30,017 nucleotides of DNA from a virus (IMGVR_UViG_3300044723_007291:1-30017); one strand, 5' to 3'; positions 17,495-26,303 are shown, numbered from the stretch's first letter. Numbers and translations are program-made. The notes: a model not told the origin generated them from the letters alone.

Positions 17495-18675
17495 TAATCT
17501 TCTCTAGGTTTCAGTGCATCACTAAGCGACTGTCTACTGGTTGCAGTAGTGTTATCGTCTGCAGTAAATGTGCTTGTGTTATTAATAAATCCATCCATTT
17601 GTGTTGAGCCTGAGCCCGGTGTAAGTCTACTACGCACATCATCTTCTACTTTAATCCAACGCGATCCGCTGTATCTAAACAGTCTGTTTGGAAGGAAGTC
17701 CAAGCGTAATATAAAGTCGCCTTCTTGACTGTCACTTGGGAAACTAGTACCCATACTAATTGGTTCACCGTTAGGAGCAAGTCCATCGCCTACCAAATAA
17801 CCACTATAAGCATTGCTATTTGTAGGTGTAATACGTCTAGCATCTGCACTTGCATTAGTACTGTCTGCATTTTGTTCAGTGTCGTCGGCATTGACACCTT
17901 TAGACTCTAGTGGTCTGCCAGTAACTGGATCAGTAGGAACAATATAGTATTGACTTGTATCATATCCGCTCTCTGGAACTTCTGCTTCTGCTGCAGCAAC
18001 AACCTTGTTAGAAATTTCAAGTTCTTTGTTGTATGTACTAAGCAGATCACGAAGCGTATTGTCTGTAGTGTTACCATCACTATCTTCTTGTAACACATTT
18101 AAAATATCGTTGTATTCTTGTGCATCTACTAGTGGAGTACACTTGACACGCCACAAATGACTCCACCAAGTTGGGCTAAATCCTTCACTTGGGCGACTGC
18201 CTTCTTGTACTACATAATAGCGTTTCAGGCTTAGTTCTACACTTTCATCAAGTGCGCTAAAGTCTGTTAGATGTGGCAATTCTATAACATCGCCTGACAT
18301 AAGTTTTCGTCCAAGATTGTTAAGCATGTCATTCTCATGCAATGTAATAAACAGTGTGTCGTTTGCTAAAAACAAACCAAACTGTGATAAGTCAAAATCT
18401 GTATCGCTTACACTGTATATACCACGCAAACTGTAGATGTCTTGATCGTATACTCTGTCTCTGTTCTCTAGGAATAAGAAATCTTGTATGCCCAATGGAT
18501 CAGGTTCTTGATAGTTAGGTTGGCTAGGATCACTACCGCCTTGGCTTGCAACACCTAAATACTTGTGTACATTAATTCCAGTCCCACCAATTGTAAACAT
18601 CTCCTTCATTCGTCTGTCGAAGAAGCGATAATCGTTGGTATGAGCACCGTCTTTCCATAGTGAAATTCTTGGCAT
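17494..18675 (-). CDS. T4 gp14-like neck protein with C-terminal extension
   Basis: LSQFGLFLANDTLFITLH and GDVIELPHL follow the gp14 pattern. SD AAGGA and TAATG coupling to the gp15-like gene. Confidence 0.7.
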   Translation of the reverse strand: MPRISLWKDGAHTNDYRFFDRRMKEMFTIGGTGINVHKYLGVASQGGSDPSQPNYQEPDPLGIQDFLFLENRDRVYDQDIYSLRGIYSVSDTDFDLSQFGLFLANDTLFITLHENDMLNNLGRKLMSGDVIELPHLTDFSALDESVELSLKRYYVVQEGSRPSEGFSPTWWSHLWRVKCTPLVDAQEYNDILNVLQEDSDGNTTDNTLRDLLSTYNKELEISNKVVAAAEAEVPESGYDTSQYYIVPTDPVTGRPLESKGVNADDTEQNADSTNASADARRITPTNSNAYSGYLVGDGLAPNGEPISMGTSFPSDSQEGDFILRLDFLPNRLFRYSGSRWIKVEDDVRSRLTPGSGSTQMDGFINNTSTFTADDNTTATSRQSLSDALKPRED

Positions 18676-18695
18676 ATCTATTCCTTATTGCGTAG

Positions 18696-18714
18696 TATTT
18701 ATCGCTTATAAATA
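18696..18714. promoter_or_regulatory. Back-to-back divergent late promoter boxes
   Basis: TATTTATC at 18696-18703 reads GATAAATA on the - strand. TATAAATA at 18707-18714 is on the + strand. Confidence 0.75.
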
Positions 18715-18720
18715 ACCTCG

Positions 18721-18945
18721 ATGAAACTAGATCTACACGGACATAATATACATGCAGCGTGGCGAATGTTTAATACTCGCATGACAGATGCATACTATAA
18801 TAAGCAACGCACTGTGGTTGTTGTTACAGGGCAAGGTGCTATTATGCATGAGTTTCAGAGCTGGTGTGCGCAACATCCCCATGTTATAGCATGGACAAAT
18901 GCAAATAATCCAGGAAGTTACAAGATATCTCTTAAAAAAGGTTGA
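18721..18945 (+). CDS. Stand-alone Smr-domain protein
   Basis: 74 aa with LDLHG at the N-terminus, VVVTGQG, and NPGS near the C-terminus, which are the Smr signature motifs. Confidence 0.8.
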   Translation: MKLDLHGHNIHAAWRMFNTRMTDAYYNKQRTVVVVTGQGAIMHEFQSWCAQHPHVIAWTNANNPGSYKISLKKG

Positions 18946-18969
18946 CACATCCTCAAAAGGTGCTATATT
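18942..18969 (+). promoter_or_regulatory. Sigma70-type (early) promoter with extended -10
   Basis: TTGACA at 18942-18947, a 16-bp spacer, and TGcTATATT at 18961-18969, preceded by an A-tract. SD GAGGAG lies before ATG 19004. Confidence 0.7.
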
Positions 18970-19003
18970 AATATAGTAAGTTGAAATTGAGGAGAGATAC
19001 ATT

Positions 19004-19219
19004 ATGGTTAGTAACGCAAAATTTAAAGATTTCGTTGTAGCACTTAGCGCAGAAGATCAGCAAACAGTTGTTGATAGGCAGTTGCGTTTGCTTCCTGCGT
19101 TTATTATGCAAGAAGTTGCTACTACTAATAACGCAAAAGTAATCCGCAAGTTAGAGAGCCGCTTAAAGCAGGTTCGATTGATGTTGTCATCTATTGTTGC
19201 TAACGGAAAGGTTGTATAA
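19004..19219 (+). CDS. Small hypothetical protein (probably early)
   Basis: 71 aa, strong SD, directly downstream of the sigma70 promoter. Confidence 0.65.
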   Translation: MVSNAKFKDFVVALSAEDQQTVVDRQLRLLPAFIMQEVATTNNAKVIRKLESRLKQVRLMLSSIVANGKVV

Positions 19220-19404
19220 TGAATCAATTATTAAAAGATATCGAAGACCTTGAGACAATTGCATATGGTGTTCGCAATGGTGTAAGTAAAAATCTTACAC
19301 TTGATTTGATTGAGAAGATGATTGAAATTAAACAAGTAGATATAAGTATCTTCGAAACACAAATGGAAATGGAGTTTTTAAAAGATGGCATTAACCGCTC
19401 TTAA
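19219..19404 (+). CDS. Small hypothetical protein
   Basis: 61 aa, TAATG-coupled to the previous gene. Confidence 0.6.
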   Translation: MNQLLKDIEDLETIAYGVRNGVSKNLTLDLIEKMIEIKQVDISIFETQMEMEFLKDGINRS

Positions 19405-20536
19405 AGGTAAACCAGTCAAGCGTAAAAAAGCAGCCAAGGCTCGCCGTAAAACTACCGGCGCTGGTGCCGCACCTTTGGACAACTATAAAGTTGCCAAGGA
19501 CTTCTTTCACTTTGATGTAGATAAGAAGGAATATGTACCTATAATTAAACAGTATGTAAAAAAGTTTTATGATAAAAAGACTGCAACATACATTCTGAAA
19601 AATAGTGATGCTAGTATGGCATTTAGTCATATTGCTTGTTACTGCCATTACATGAATAATGACAAAGCAGATCAAGTGCCTGAGGATAGTCACAACTGGA
19701 TGTCAGGTAGATTTGGTGCTCTTGCAGAAAAAGGCGAATCTATTGTTGAAGAAGTCAAAGCAGTGGAAGCAGAAAAGCCTAAGAATGTCTATGTTCCTAG
19801 CATCCAAGATCGTATTAAGGAAGCAAGTGGAAACATTATTGCTGAGATAGAAGAAGCAGTTGATGATTTTATTGATAATCCGGACAAGTTCAAAGGTTTG
19901 GATGCTGTTAAACTATTCCGTAAACTAAATGTTAATCAAGCACACGCAAGACATATCCGTGCATTCTACGAAGGACCACTAGCAGAATACAAGATGCTAC
20001 AAGAACCTGCTCGTGAACAAGACGAAGATTTGCGTGAAGGATATGCACACTTGGAAAAAGCAGCCATTAAGCGTGGCGTGACGTTGTTTAGTGGCATATT
20101 AGGTGCATGTGATCTTATTTCAGCAGAAAGCAAAGCAACTCGTAAGACACGCACACCCAAGCCTAAGAGTGCTGACAAGTTGGTAGCAAAAATGAAGTAT
20201 TGTAAAGTCGACGAAAAGTACAAAGTAGCCAGCATAAATCCTGTTGAGATTATTGATGCTAGTGAAGTTTGGGTGTTTAATGTTAAGACACGCAAAATTG
20301 GAAAGTATGTTGCCGAAGAACATGCTACACTACAAGTCAAAGGTACTACACTACAGTTTTTTGACGAGAAGCAGAGTATTGCAAAAACACTACGCAAGCC
20401 AGAGCAACAACTATCAGACTTTAACAAAAGTGGTAAAGTGCAACTGCGTAAGTTCTTAGACAATATTAAAGGTGTTGAGACAAAACTCAACGGACGTATC
20501 AACGCTGATACTGTTATCCTTAAGGCAGTAAAGTAA
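19385..20536 (+). CDS. Basic/charged hypothetical phage protein
   Basis: 383 aa, SD GGAG, Lys/Arg-rich N-terminus and C-terminal KTLRKPEQQL..LNGRINADTVIL. Function not recognised. Confidence 0.75.
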   Translation: MALTALKGKPVKRKKAAKARRKTTGAGAAPLDNYKVAKDFFHFDVDKKEYVPIIKQYVKKFYDKKTATYILKNSDASMAFSHIACYCHYMNNDKADQVPEDSHNWMSGRFGALAEKGESIVEEVKAVEAEKPKNVYVPSIQDRIKEASGNIIAEIEEAVDDFIDNPDKFKGLDAVKLFRKLNVNQAHARHIRAFYEGPLAEYKMLQEPAREQDEDLREGYAHLEKAAIKRGVTLFSGILGACDLISAESKATRKTRTPKPKSADKLVAKMKYCKVDEKYKVASINPVEIIDASEVWVFNVKTRKIGKYVAEEHATLQVKGTTLQFFDEKQSIAKTLRKPEQQLSDFNKSGKVQLRKFLDNIKGVETKLNGRINADTVILKAVK

Positions 20537-20568
20537 TAAATAGTGTGTAAGAACAGGAACACACTATG
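20535..20568 (+). promoter_or_regulatory. Late promoter box overlapped by a start-codon-occluding hairpin
   Basis: AATAAATA at 20535-20542. ATAGTGTGT (20540-20548) is the exact reverse complement of ACACACTAT (20559-20567). Confidence 0.7.
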
Positions 20569-21321
20569 GCAACACTAGCAAGTTTAAGAGCAGACACAAC
20601 TGATTATATTCGCTATCGCTTAGGCGATGGTATGGTTGATGTTGAACTAGATCCAGAACACTATGACAATAGCATTGATAAGGCAGTAAAACGTTTTCGT
20701 CAGCGCAGTCAAAATGCTTATGAAAGTTCATATGTATTTCTAAGTATTGTAACAGAACAGCAAGAATACACACTACCAGACGAGATAGAAGAAGTTCGTC
20801 AGGTGTATAGACGCAGTGTTGGTAGTGGCAGTAGTGATACTGGTACACAGTTTGAACCGTTTGAAGCAGCATTTCAGAACACTTACTTGTTACAAAGTGG
20901 ACGCATAGGCGGCATGGCAACATATGAAATGTACTATCAGTATCAAGAACTAAGTGCTAGATTGTTTGGTGGGTTTGTAAATTTTGAATTTAACCCTGTC
21001 ACTAAAGTTGTTACACTGCTTCGTAAATTTGGTGCAAGCGGAGAACAAGTTGTGCTGTGGACTTACAACCTACGTCCAGAAGCAAGATTACTACAGGACA
21101 GACATGCTGGACCATGGATTCAGGACTACGCACTAGCACTTGCAAAGTATACACTGGGCGAGGCACGTTCAAAGTTTAGTACAATTGCAGGACCACAAGG
21201 TGGCACTTCACTTAATGGTGATGCACTTAAAGCAGAAGCACAAGTTGAAATAGACAAACTCGATGAAGAACTACGCAACTATGTTGACGGTAGTGATCCA
21301 CTCTCATTTATTATTGGCTAA
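20566..21321 (+). CDS. T4 gp13-like neck protein
   Basis: YIRYRLGDGMVDVELDPEHYDNSID, WIQDYALALAKYTLGEARSKF and GGTSLNGDALKAEA..FIIG match the gp13 pattern. Confidence 0.88.
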   Translation: MATLASLRADTTDYIRYRLGDGMVDVELDPEHYDNSIDKAVKRFRQRSQNAYESSYVFLSIVTEQQEYTLPDEIEEVRQVYRRSVGSGSSDTGTQFEPFEAAFQNTYLLQSGRIGGMATYEMYYQYQELSARLFGGFVNFEFNPVTKVVTLLRKFGASGEQVVLWTYNLRPEARLLQDRHAGPWIQDYALALAKYTLGEARSKFSTIAGPQGGTSLNGDALKAEAQVEIDKLDEELRNYVDGSDPLSFIIG

Positions 21322-21333
21322 TAAGAGGACTTA

Positions 21334-21951
21334 ATGATTATAGGAATTTGCGGATTGATTGGTTCCGGTAAAGGAACTGTCGCTGATATTCTAGTCGACC
21401 AAGGATTTAAAAAAGTAAGTTTTGCTGACAAACTCAAAGATGGTGTAAGCACAATCTTTGGTTGGGATCGTGCAATGCTGGAAGGAGACACAGATGAATC
21501 AAGACAGTGGCGTGAGCAGCGAGACGACTTTTGGAGTAATGAAACGAAAATGGAAGTCACTCCTCGTTTGGTGCTTCAGTTATTTGGTACTGATTGCATG
21601 CGTAATGGCTTTGATGAAGGAATCTGGGTAAGCACACTAAAGAAACACTTGCTAGACAATCCAGGTAACTATGTTATACCTGATGTACGTTTTCGTAATG
21701 AACAAGATATGATTCGTGAAATAGACGGAGAAGTATGGATGATAAAGCGAGGAGAGAAGCCTGATTGGTGGGCAAAAGCAACATTAGACAATGCCACTGG
21801 TAGCAACTTTATGTCTGATGAGGATATTCATACCAGTGAATGGAAGTGGATTGATACTGATGATCAGTTTCACGAGATTATACACAACAATGCTTCAATA
21901 GACGAACTTAGGCATCAGGTGTTAGGTCACCTCTGTGCCATCCCGTACTAA
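21334..21951 (+). CDS. Deoxynucleoside monophosphate kinase (T4 gp1-like)
   Basis: P-loop GLIGSGKGT, plus FADKLK, TPRLVLQLFGTD, IPDVRFRNE and HTSE. Confidence 0.9.
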   Translation: MIIGICGLIGSGKGTVADILVDQGFKKVSFADKLKDGVSTIFGWDRAMLEGDTDESRQWREQRDDFWSNETKMEVTPRLVLQLFGTDCMRNGFDEGIWVSTLKKHLLDNPGNYVIPDVRFRNEQDMIREIDGEVWMIKRGEKPDWWAKATLDNATGSNFMSDEDIHTSEWKWIDTDDQFHEIIHNNASIDELRHQVLGHLCAIPY

Positions 21952-22240
21952 TGAGTTCAGCGTTGCAGTTTAAGCAGACTGTTTTAAGATTACGGTTGCT
22001 TACGTTTTTGAGATTTCCATCTATATAAAATACAACAACTTGCGCTCTTAGCACAGGCTTAAACCCACAAGCCTCGCAGTTTCGTTTGAGTTTGTATCCA
22101 CTATCAACCCATAATGGCTTTACAGGCTTGTGTAATTTTAAGCACTGTTCACACTTCTTCCTAAAATAAGGTTGCTTATCCTTATAGTAGTTTATTGCTC
22201 TAGGACGCTGTCCACATGTCTCACAAATAGGGCGTTGCAT
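21908..22240 (-). CDS. Zinc-binding protein with degenerate HNH fold
   Basis: Four CxxC pairs (CETC, CEQC, CEAC, CLNC) and FYIDGNLKNVSNRNLKTVCLNCN, an HNH-like pattern lacking the His residues. Confidence 0.7.
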   Translation of the reverse strand: MQRPICETCGQRPRAINYYKDKQPYFRKKCEQCLKLHKPVKPLWVDSGYKLKRNCEACGFKPVLRAQVVVFYIDGNLKNVSNRNLKTVCLNCNAELISTGWHRGDLTPDA

Positions 22241-22245
22241 ATGTT

Positions 22246-22309
22246 TATTTAACCATACCTTTAAAGGGATTCGCCAAATAAGGTGTTTTTATGGGTGTTC
22301 TTATAAATA
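22246..22309. promoter_or_regulatory. Divergent late promoter boxes
   Basis: TAAATA on the - strand at 22246-22251 and TATAAATA on the + strand at 22302-22309. Confidence 0.7.
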
Positions 22310-22348
22310 GTTATAACGAATACAAAACCTTGATTGAGGAAGAAAAAC

Positions 22349-25300
22349 ATGGCACTAATATCACCAGGCGTAGAAGTTACAGTTATTGACGAAAGTAACT
22401 ATGCTCCATCAGCAGCAGGAACAGTAGCAGCGATTGTTGTTGCAACTGCACAAGATAAGACAAGTGGTACCGGCACAGGCACAGCGGCAGGAACAACCGC
22501 AGCAAATGCTGGTAAGACATACTTGATCGGAAGCCAGAGAGAACTAACAAGTACTTTCGGTAATCCAACATTTTACAACACAGCAAGCGGCACACCGATT
22601 AACGGTTACGAGCTTAACGAATATGGTTTGATGGCAGCATACAGTTTACTTGGTGTTAGCAACAGAGCATACGTTATCCGTGCAGATGTTGATCTTACAG
22701 AACTAGCAAGTAGCACAAGTCGTCCACTAGGAAATCCTACAGCAGGAACAGTTTGGTGGGACATGAGTACAGATACACGCTGGGGCATTTTTGAATGGAA
22801 CCAGAGCACAGGTGTGTTTACTAACAAAGTTCCAACAGTAATTACAAGCACAACAGATTTGTCAGGCGGTGTTCCGAAAACATCAATTGGCGCAATTGGC
22901 GATTATGCACTAGTTGCTACAAACACTAGTAATCCTGTGTACTACAAAAACCGTAGTAATGCTTGGGTCCTAGTAGGAAGTAGTAACTGGATGATTGCAC
23001 ATCCAACAATTTCTGGTACAGTAGCAAATGGCACTCTTGTAAGTGGTAACACAATTACTATTAACTCAGCCACAGTTACACTAAGTGGAACAACTGTAGC
23101 AGCTCTTGCAACTAGCATTAACAACGCAAGTATTGATGGTGTTACTGCAGCCGCAGTTGACGGAAAGATTGAAATTTATGCAACAAACCTTGCAGAATCA
23201 AATGGTAGTGTTGCAGATGGAAAAATTATTCTTGCAAATGCAAGTGGAACAATCCTAACTGTAACTGGACTAACAGCAGGCACATATGCAAGACCACTTA
23301 TTGCACAGGACCCACATTACACAGTTCCAGCATGGAAGTCAACAGATACAACACCTCGTCCAGCAGGAAGTGTATGGGTTAAGACAACCTCAAGTAATAG
23401 TGGATTCCTAGCAGACGTTAGCACATATGATAGTGCAACTGGCGCATTTGTTGGTGGCAGTGCCCCAGCATATGAAAACGACCAAACTGCACTAAAGAAT
23501 CTAGACACAACAGGCGGCAGTGCTATTACAGCAGGCAGTTTTTATGTACAGTATGATGTAACTGAGAATGATACAGTAACTTACAAGTTGTTCAAGCGTT
23601 ATAGCACAGGTGCATTAAGTGTAACTGGATTGATTAATGCGGCAGCACCACTAACAGGTAGTGATGAATTTACTATCCAAGCAAGTGCAGCAAATAGCAC
23701 AACACTAACAAGTGCAGTAACAGTTACAGTAAGTGGCACAGGTATTGCAGACATTGCAAGTGACATTAATGCTGCTAATGTAGCAAACGTAAGTGCAAGT
23801 GTTAACTCAAGCGGTTACTTGGTAATTACACATGCATTAGGTGGTGTGATTGTAATGAAAGACACAAGTGGTACTCCACTAGTAGACGCAGGTATTACAA
23901 CAAGTATTACTACTAAGCAAGTCCGTGCAGGTAACAGTAGTGACATTATCCTAAGTAACTGGATTGCAGACACATATACTGCAAGTACAAGTTCACCTAG
24001 TGCAAATCCAACTGATCTTACATACTGGTATGCAGGTGGATTTGAAGCAGACATTATGGTTCACAATGGCACAACATGGCAGGGTTATCAAAATATAACT
24101 GACACACGCGGCTTTGCACTAGCAGATACAGATCCAGCTGGTGTTATCTTTAGTACTACAGCACCAACTGTACAAAGTGATAGCACTGTACTTGTTAACG
24201 GTGATTTGTGGATTGACACAAGTGATTTGGAAAACTATCCTGCACTTTACAGACGCGAAACTGTAAGTGGTGAAGCAACATGGGTATTAATTGATAAAAC
24301 AGACCAAACCACAGAAAACGGAATACTGTTTGGTGATGCACGTTTTATGGGCGACGGAACAACAGACGTTGTGACTGGTACTATCCCAACGATTGCAACA
24401 CTTCTTACAAGTGACTATCTAGACATTGACCGTCCAGACCCAACAATTTACCCACGTGGTATGCTACTGTTCAACACTCGCCGTAGTACATATGGTGTAA
24501 AGCGGTTTAGAAGTGATTACTTCTCACGCACTAACTTTAGTGACACAAGTGCATATCCAACGCTTCCTACAGAAACGGATGCATGGGTAACATCAAGTGG
24601 AAGTACATTTGGACGTAAAGCAGTTCGTAGTGTTGTTACTAATGCAATGAAATCTGCACTCGATGCAAGCACAGAGCTTCGTGAAGATGCAAGAATCTTT
24701 AACACTATTGCAGCACCAGGATATCCAGAGCTAATCAGCAACATGGTAAGCCTAAACAACGACAGACGTCAAACAGCGTTTGTAGTAGGCGATACTCCTA
24801 TGAGATTAGCAGCAACAAGTACTGCTATTGAAAATTACGCAACAAACACTGCGGCAGCAACTGACAACAATGAAGATGGACTAGTTACTAGCGATGCATA
24901 CTTGGGTGTGTTTTATCCAAGTGCAACAACAAATGACCTAAGTGGTAACACAATTGTTGTTCCAGCAAGTCATATGATGCTACGCACAATTGCTAGAAGT
25001 GATGATATTAGTTTCCCATGGTTTGCACCAGCAGGTACACGTCGTGGACTAGTAGACAACGTTGCAAGTATTGGTTACGTCAACAGCGTAACAGGTGCAT
25101 TTATTAATGATAACATTCGTGAGAGTGTAAGAGATACACTGTATACAAACAGAGTTAATCCTATTGCATTCTTTAACGGAAGTGGCATTCTTAACTATGG
25201 TAACAAGAGTCGTGCAACAAGTTCTAGTGCGCTAGATCGTATTAACGTTGCAAGACTAGTTGGATATCTAAGACGTCAACTACAAACAATTGCTACAGGC

Positions 25301-25576
25301 TATGTGTTTGAACCAAACGATAAGATTACTAGAGACGAGCTAAAGCAGCAAGTTGAACAGACACTTAACGATTTGGTTGCAAAACGTGGCGTATTCGATT
25401 ACTTGGTAGTTTGTGATGAAACAAACAACACACCAGCCAGAATTGATCGTAACGAACTATATGTTGATGTTGCTATTGAACCTACTAAGGCTGCGGAATT
25501 TATCTTTATTCCGATTAGACTTAAAAACACAGGTGAGATTGCAAGTGGAAACGTAGCGGCAGCAAGCACTGTTTAA
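22349..25576 (+). CDS. Contractile tail sheath protein (T4 gp18-like) with large insertions
   Basis: Start reassigned to ATG 22349 (SD GAGGA), giving 1075 aa. Motifs ALISPGVEVTVIDES, PWFAPAGTRRG, RINVARL, FEPND and RIDRNELYVDVAIEPTKAAEFI. Confidence 0.95.
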   Translation: MALISPGVEVTVIDESNYAPSAAGTVAAIVVATAQDKTSGTGTGTAAGTTAANAGKTYLIGSQRELTSTFGNPTFYNTASGTPINGYELNEYGLMAAYSLLGVSNRAYVIRADVDLTELASSTSRPLGNPTAGTVWWDMSTDTRWGIFEWNQSTGVFTNKVPTVITSTTDLSGGVPKTSIGAIGDYALVATNTSNPVYYKNRSNAWVLVGSSNWMIAHPTISGTVANGTLVSGNTITINSATVTLSGTTVAALATSINNASIDGVTAAAVDGKIEIYATNLAESNGSVADGKIILANASGTILTVTGLTAGTYARPLIAQDPHYTVPAWKSTDTTPRPAGSVWVKTTSSNSGFLADVSTYDSATGAFVGGSAPAYENDQTALKNLDTTGGSAITAGSFYVQYDVTENDTVTYKLFKRYSTGALSVTGLINAAAPLTGSDEFTIQASAANSTTLTSAVTVTVSGTGIADIASDINAANVANVSASVNSSGYLVITHALGGVIVMKDTSGTPLVDAGITTSITTKQVRAGNSSDIILSNWIADTYTASTSSPSANPTDLTYWYAGGFEADIMVHNGTTWQGYQNITDTRGFALADTDPAGVIFSTTAPTVQSDSTVLVNGDLWIDTSDLENYPALYRRETVSGEATWVLIDKTDQTTENGILFGDARFMGDGTTDVVTGTIPTIATLLTSDYLDIDRPDPTIYPRGMLLFNTRRSTYGVKRFRSDYFSRTNFSDTSAYPTLPTETDAWVTSSGSTFGRKAVRSVVTNAMKSALDASTELREDARIFNTIAAPGYPELISNMVSLNNDRRQTAFVVGDTPMRLAATSTAIENYATNTAAATDNNEDGLVTSDAYLGVFYPSATTNDLSGNTIVVPASHMMLRTIARSDDISFPWFAPAGTRRGLVDNVASIGYVNSVTGAFINDNIRESVRDTLYTNRVNPIAFFNGSGILNYGNKSRATSSSALDRINVARLVGYLRRQLQTIATGYVFEPNDKITRDELKQQVEQTLNDLVAKRGVFDYLVVCDETNNTPARIDRNELYVDVAIEPTKAAEFIFIPIRLKNTGEIASGNVAAASTV

Positions 25577-25591
25577 TAAAAACTAACAAAT

Positions 25592-25620
25592 ATGAGGGGT
25601 AAAAATACCCCTCATTTTTT
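25592..25620 (+). terminator. Rho-independent terminator
   Basis: ATGAGGGGTA-aaaa-TACCCCTCAT followed by a T-tract. Confidence 0.9.
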
Positions 25621-25633
25621 ATGACTGGAATTA

Positions 25634-25641
25634 GATAAATA
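25634..25641 (+). promoter_or_regulatory. T4-like late promoter box
   Basis: GATAAATA between the terminator and SD AGGAG / ATG 25671. Confidence 0.75.
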
Positions 25642-25670
25642 CTTTTATAATTAATTAGGAGCGAAACAAA

Positions 25671-26288
25671 ATGTCAGTTTCATCATTAACAAAGTTTACA
25701 GTGCCGTTAGACGGTGATCAGAGTGCAGCAAGTCAAGGCTTGCTTATGCCAAAACTTAAATACCGCTTCCGTGCATCATTTGAGAACTTTGGTATTAGTA
25801 GTCCTCGTACAGAGATGACAAAGCAGGTAATGGATATTACACGCCCTAGTGTAACATTTGAAGAGTTTGAAATTCCTGTTTACAACAGTAGAGTGTACTT
25901 AGTTGGAAAACATCAGTGGGATTTGGTTACAGTTAATCTACGTGACGATGTTAACGGCGGTGTAACAAAGTTATGCGGAGAGCAAGTACAAAAGCAGTTT
26001 GATATGATGGAGCAGAGCAGTGCAAGTTCAGGCATTGACTACAAATTTATCACACGCTTTGAAATTCTAGATGGCGGCAATGGTGCAAACGCACCAAGTG
26101 TGCTTGAGACTTGGGAACTATACGGCTGCTTTATTCAGAACATCAACTACGGTGATCTTAACTATGCAAGTCAGGAACCTGCAACGGTTGCAATGAGTAT
26201 TAGATTTGACAATGCTGTACAATCACCATTAGGTGATGGCGTTGGTGCTGCGGTAACGAGAACACTAGGTCAAACTATTACTGGCTAA
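25671..26288 (+). CDS. Tail tube protein (T4 gp19-like)
   Basis: Follows the sheath. RPSVTFEE..YNSRVYLVGKHQW..VNLRDD and WELYGCFIQNINYGDLNY fit the gp19 family. Confidence 0.85.
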   Translation: MSVSSLTKFTVPLDGDQSAASQGLLMPKLKYRFRASFENFGISSPRTEMTKQVMDITRPSVTFEEFEIPVYNSRVYLVGKHQWDLVTVNLRDDVNGGVTKLCGEQVQKQFDMMEQSSASSGIDYKFITRFEILDGGNGANAPSVLETWELYGCFIQNINYGDLNYASQEPATVAMSIRFDNAVQSPLGDGVGAAVTRTLGQTITG

Positions 26289-26303
26289 TAGGAGTTATTC
26301 CAA

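Noticed and set aside
19966-20923. - strand ORFs 19966-20562 and 20564-20923
   Set aside because: They lie almost entirely antisense to well-supported + strand genes and show no recognisable motifs.
21908-22240. Active mobile HNH homing endonuclease or intron
   Set aside because: The catalytic histidines are missing and the flanking genes are uninterrupted.
22281-22330. Imperfect inverted repeat around the sheath late box (GTGTTC-TTATAA..TTATAA-C-GAATAC)
   Set aside because: It is AT-rich, relies on G-U pairs and a bulge, and does not cover the SD. It cannot be distinguished from chance by eye.
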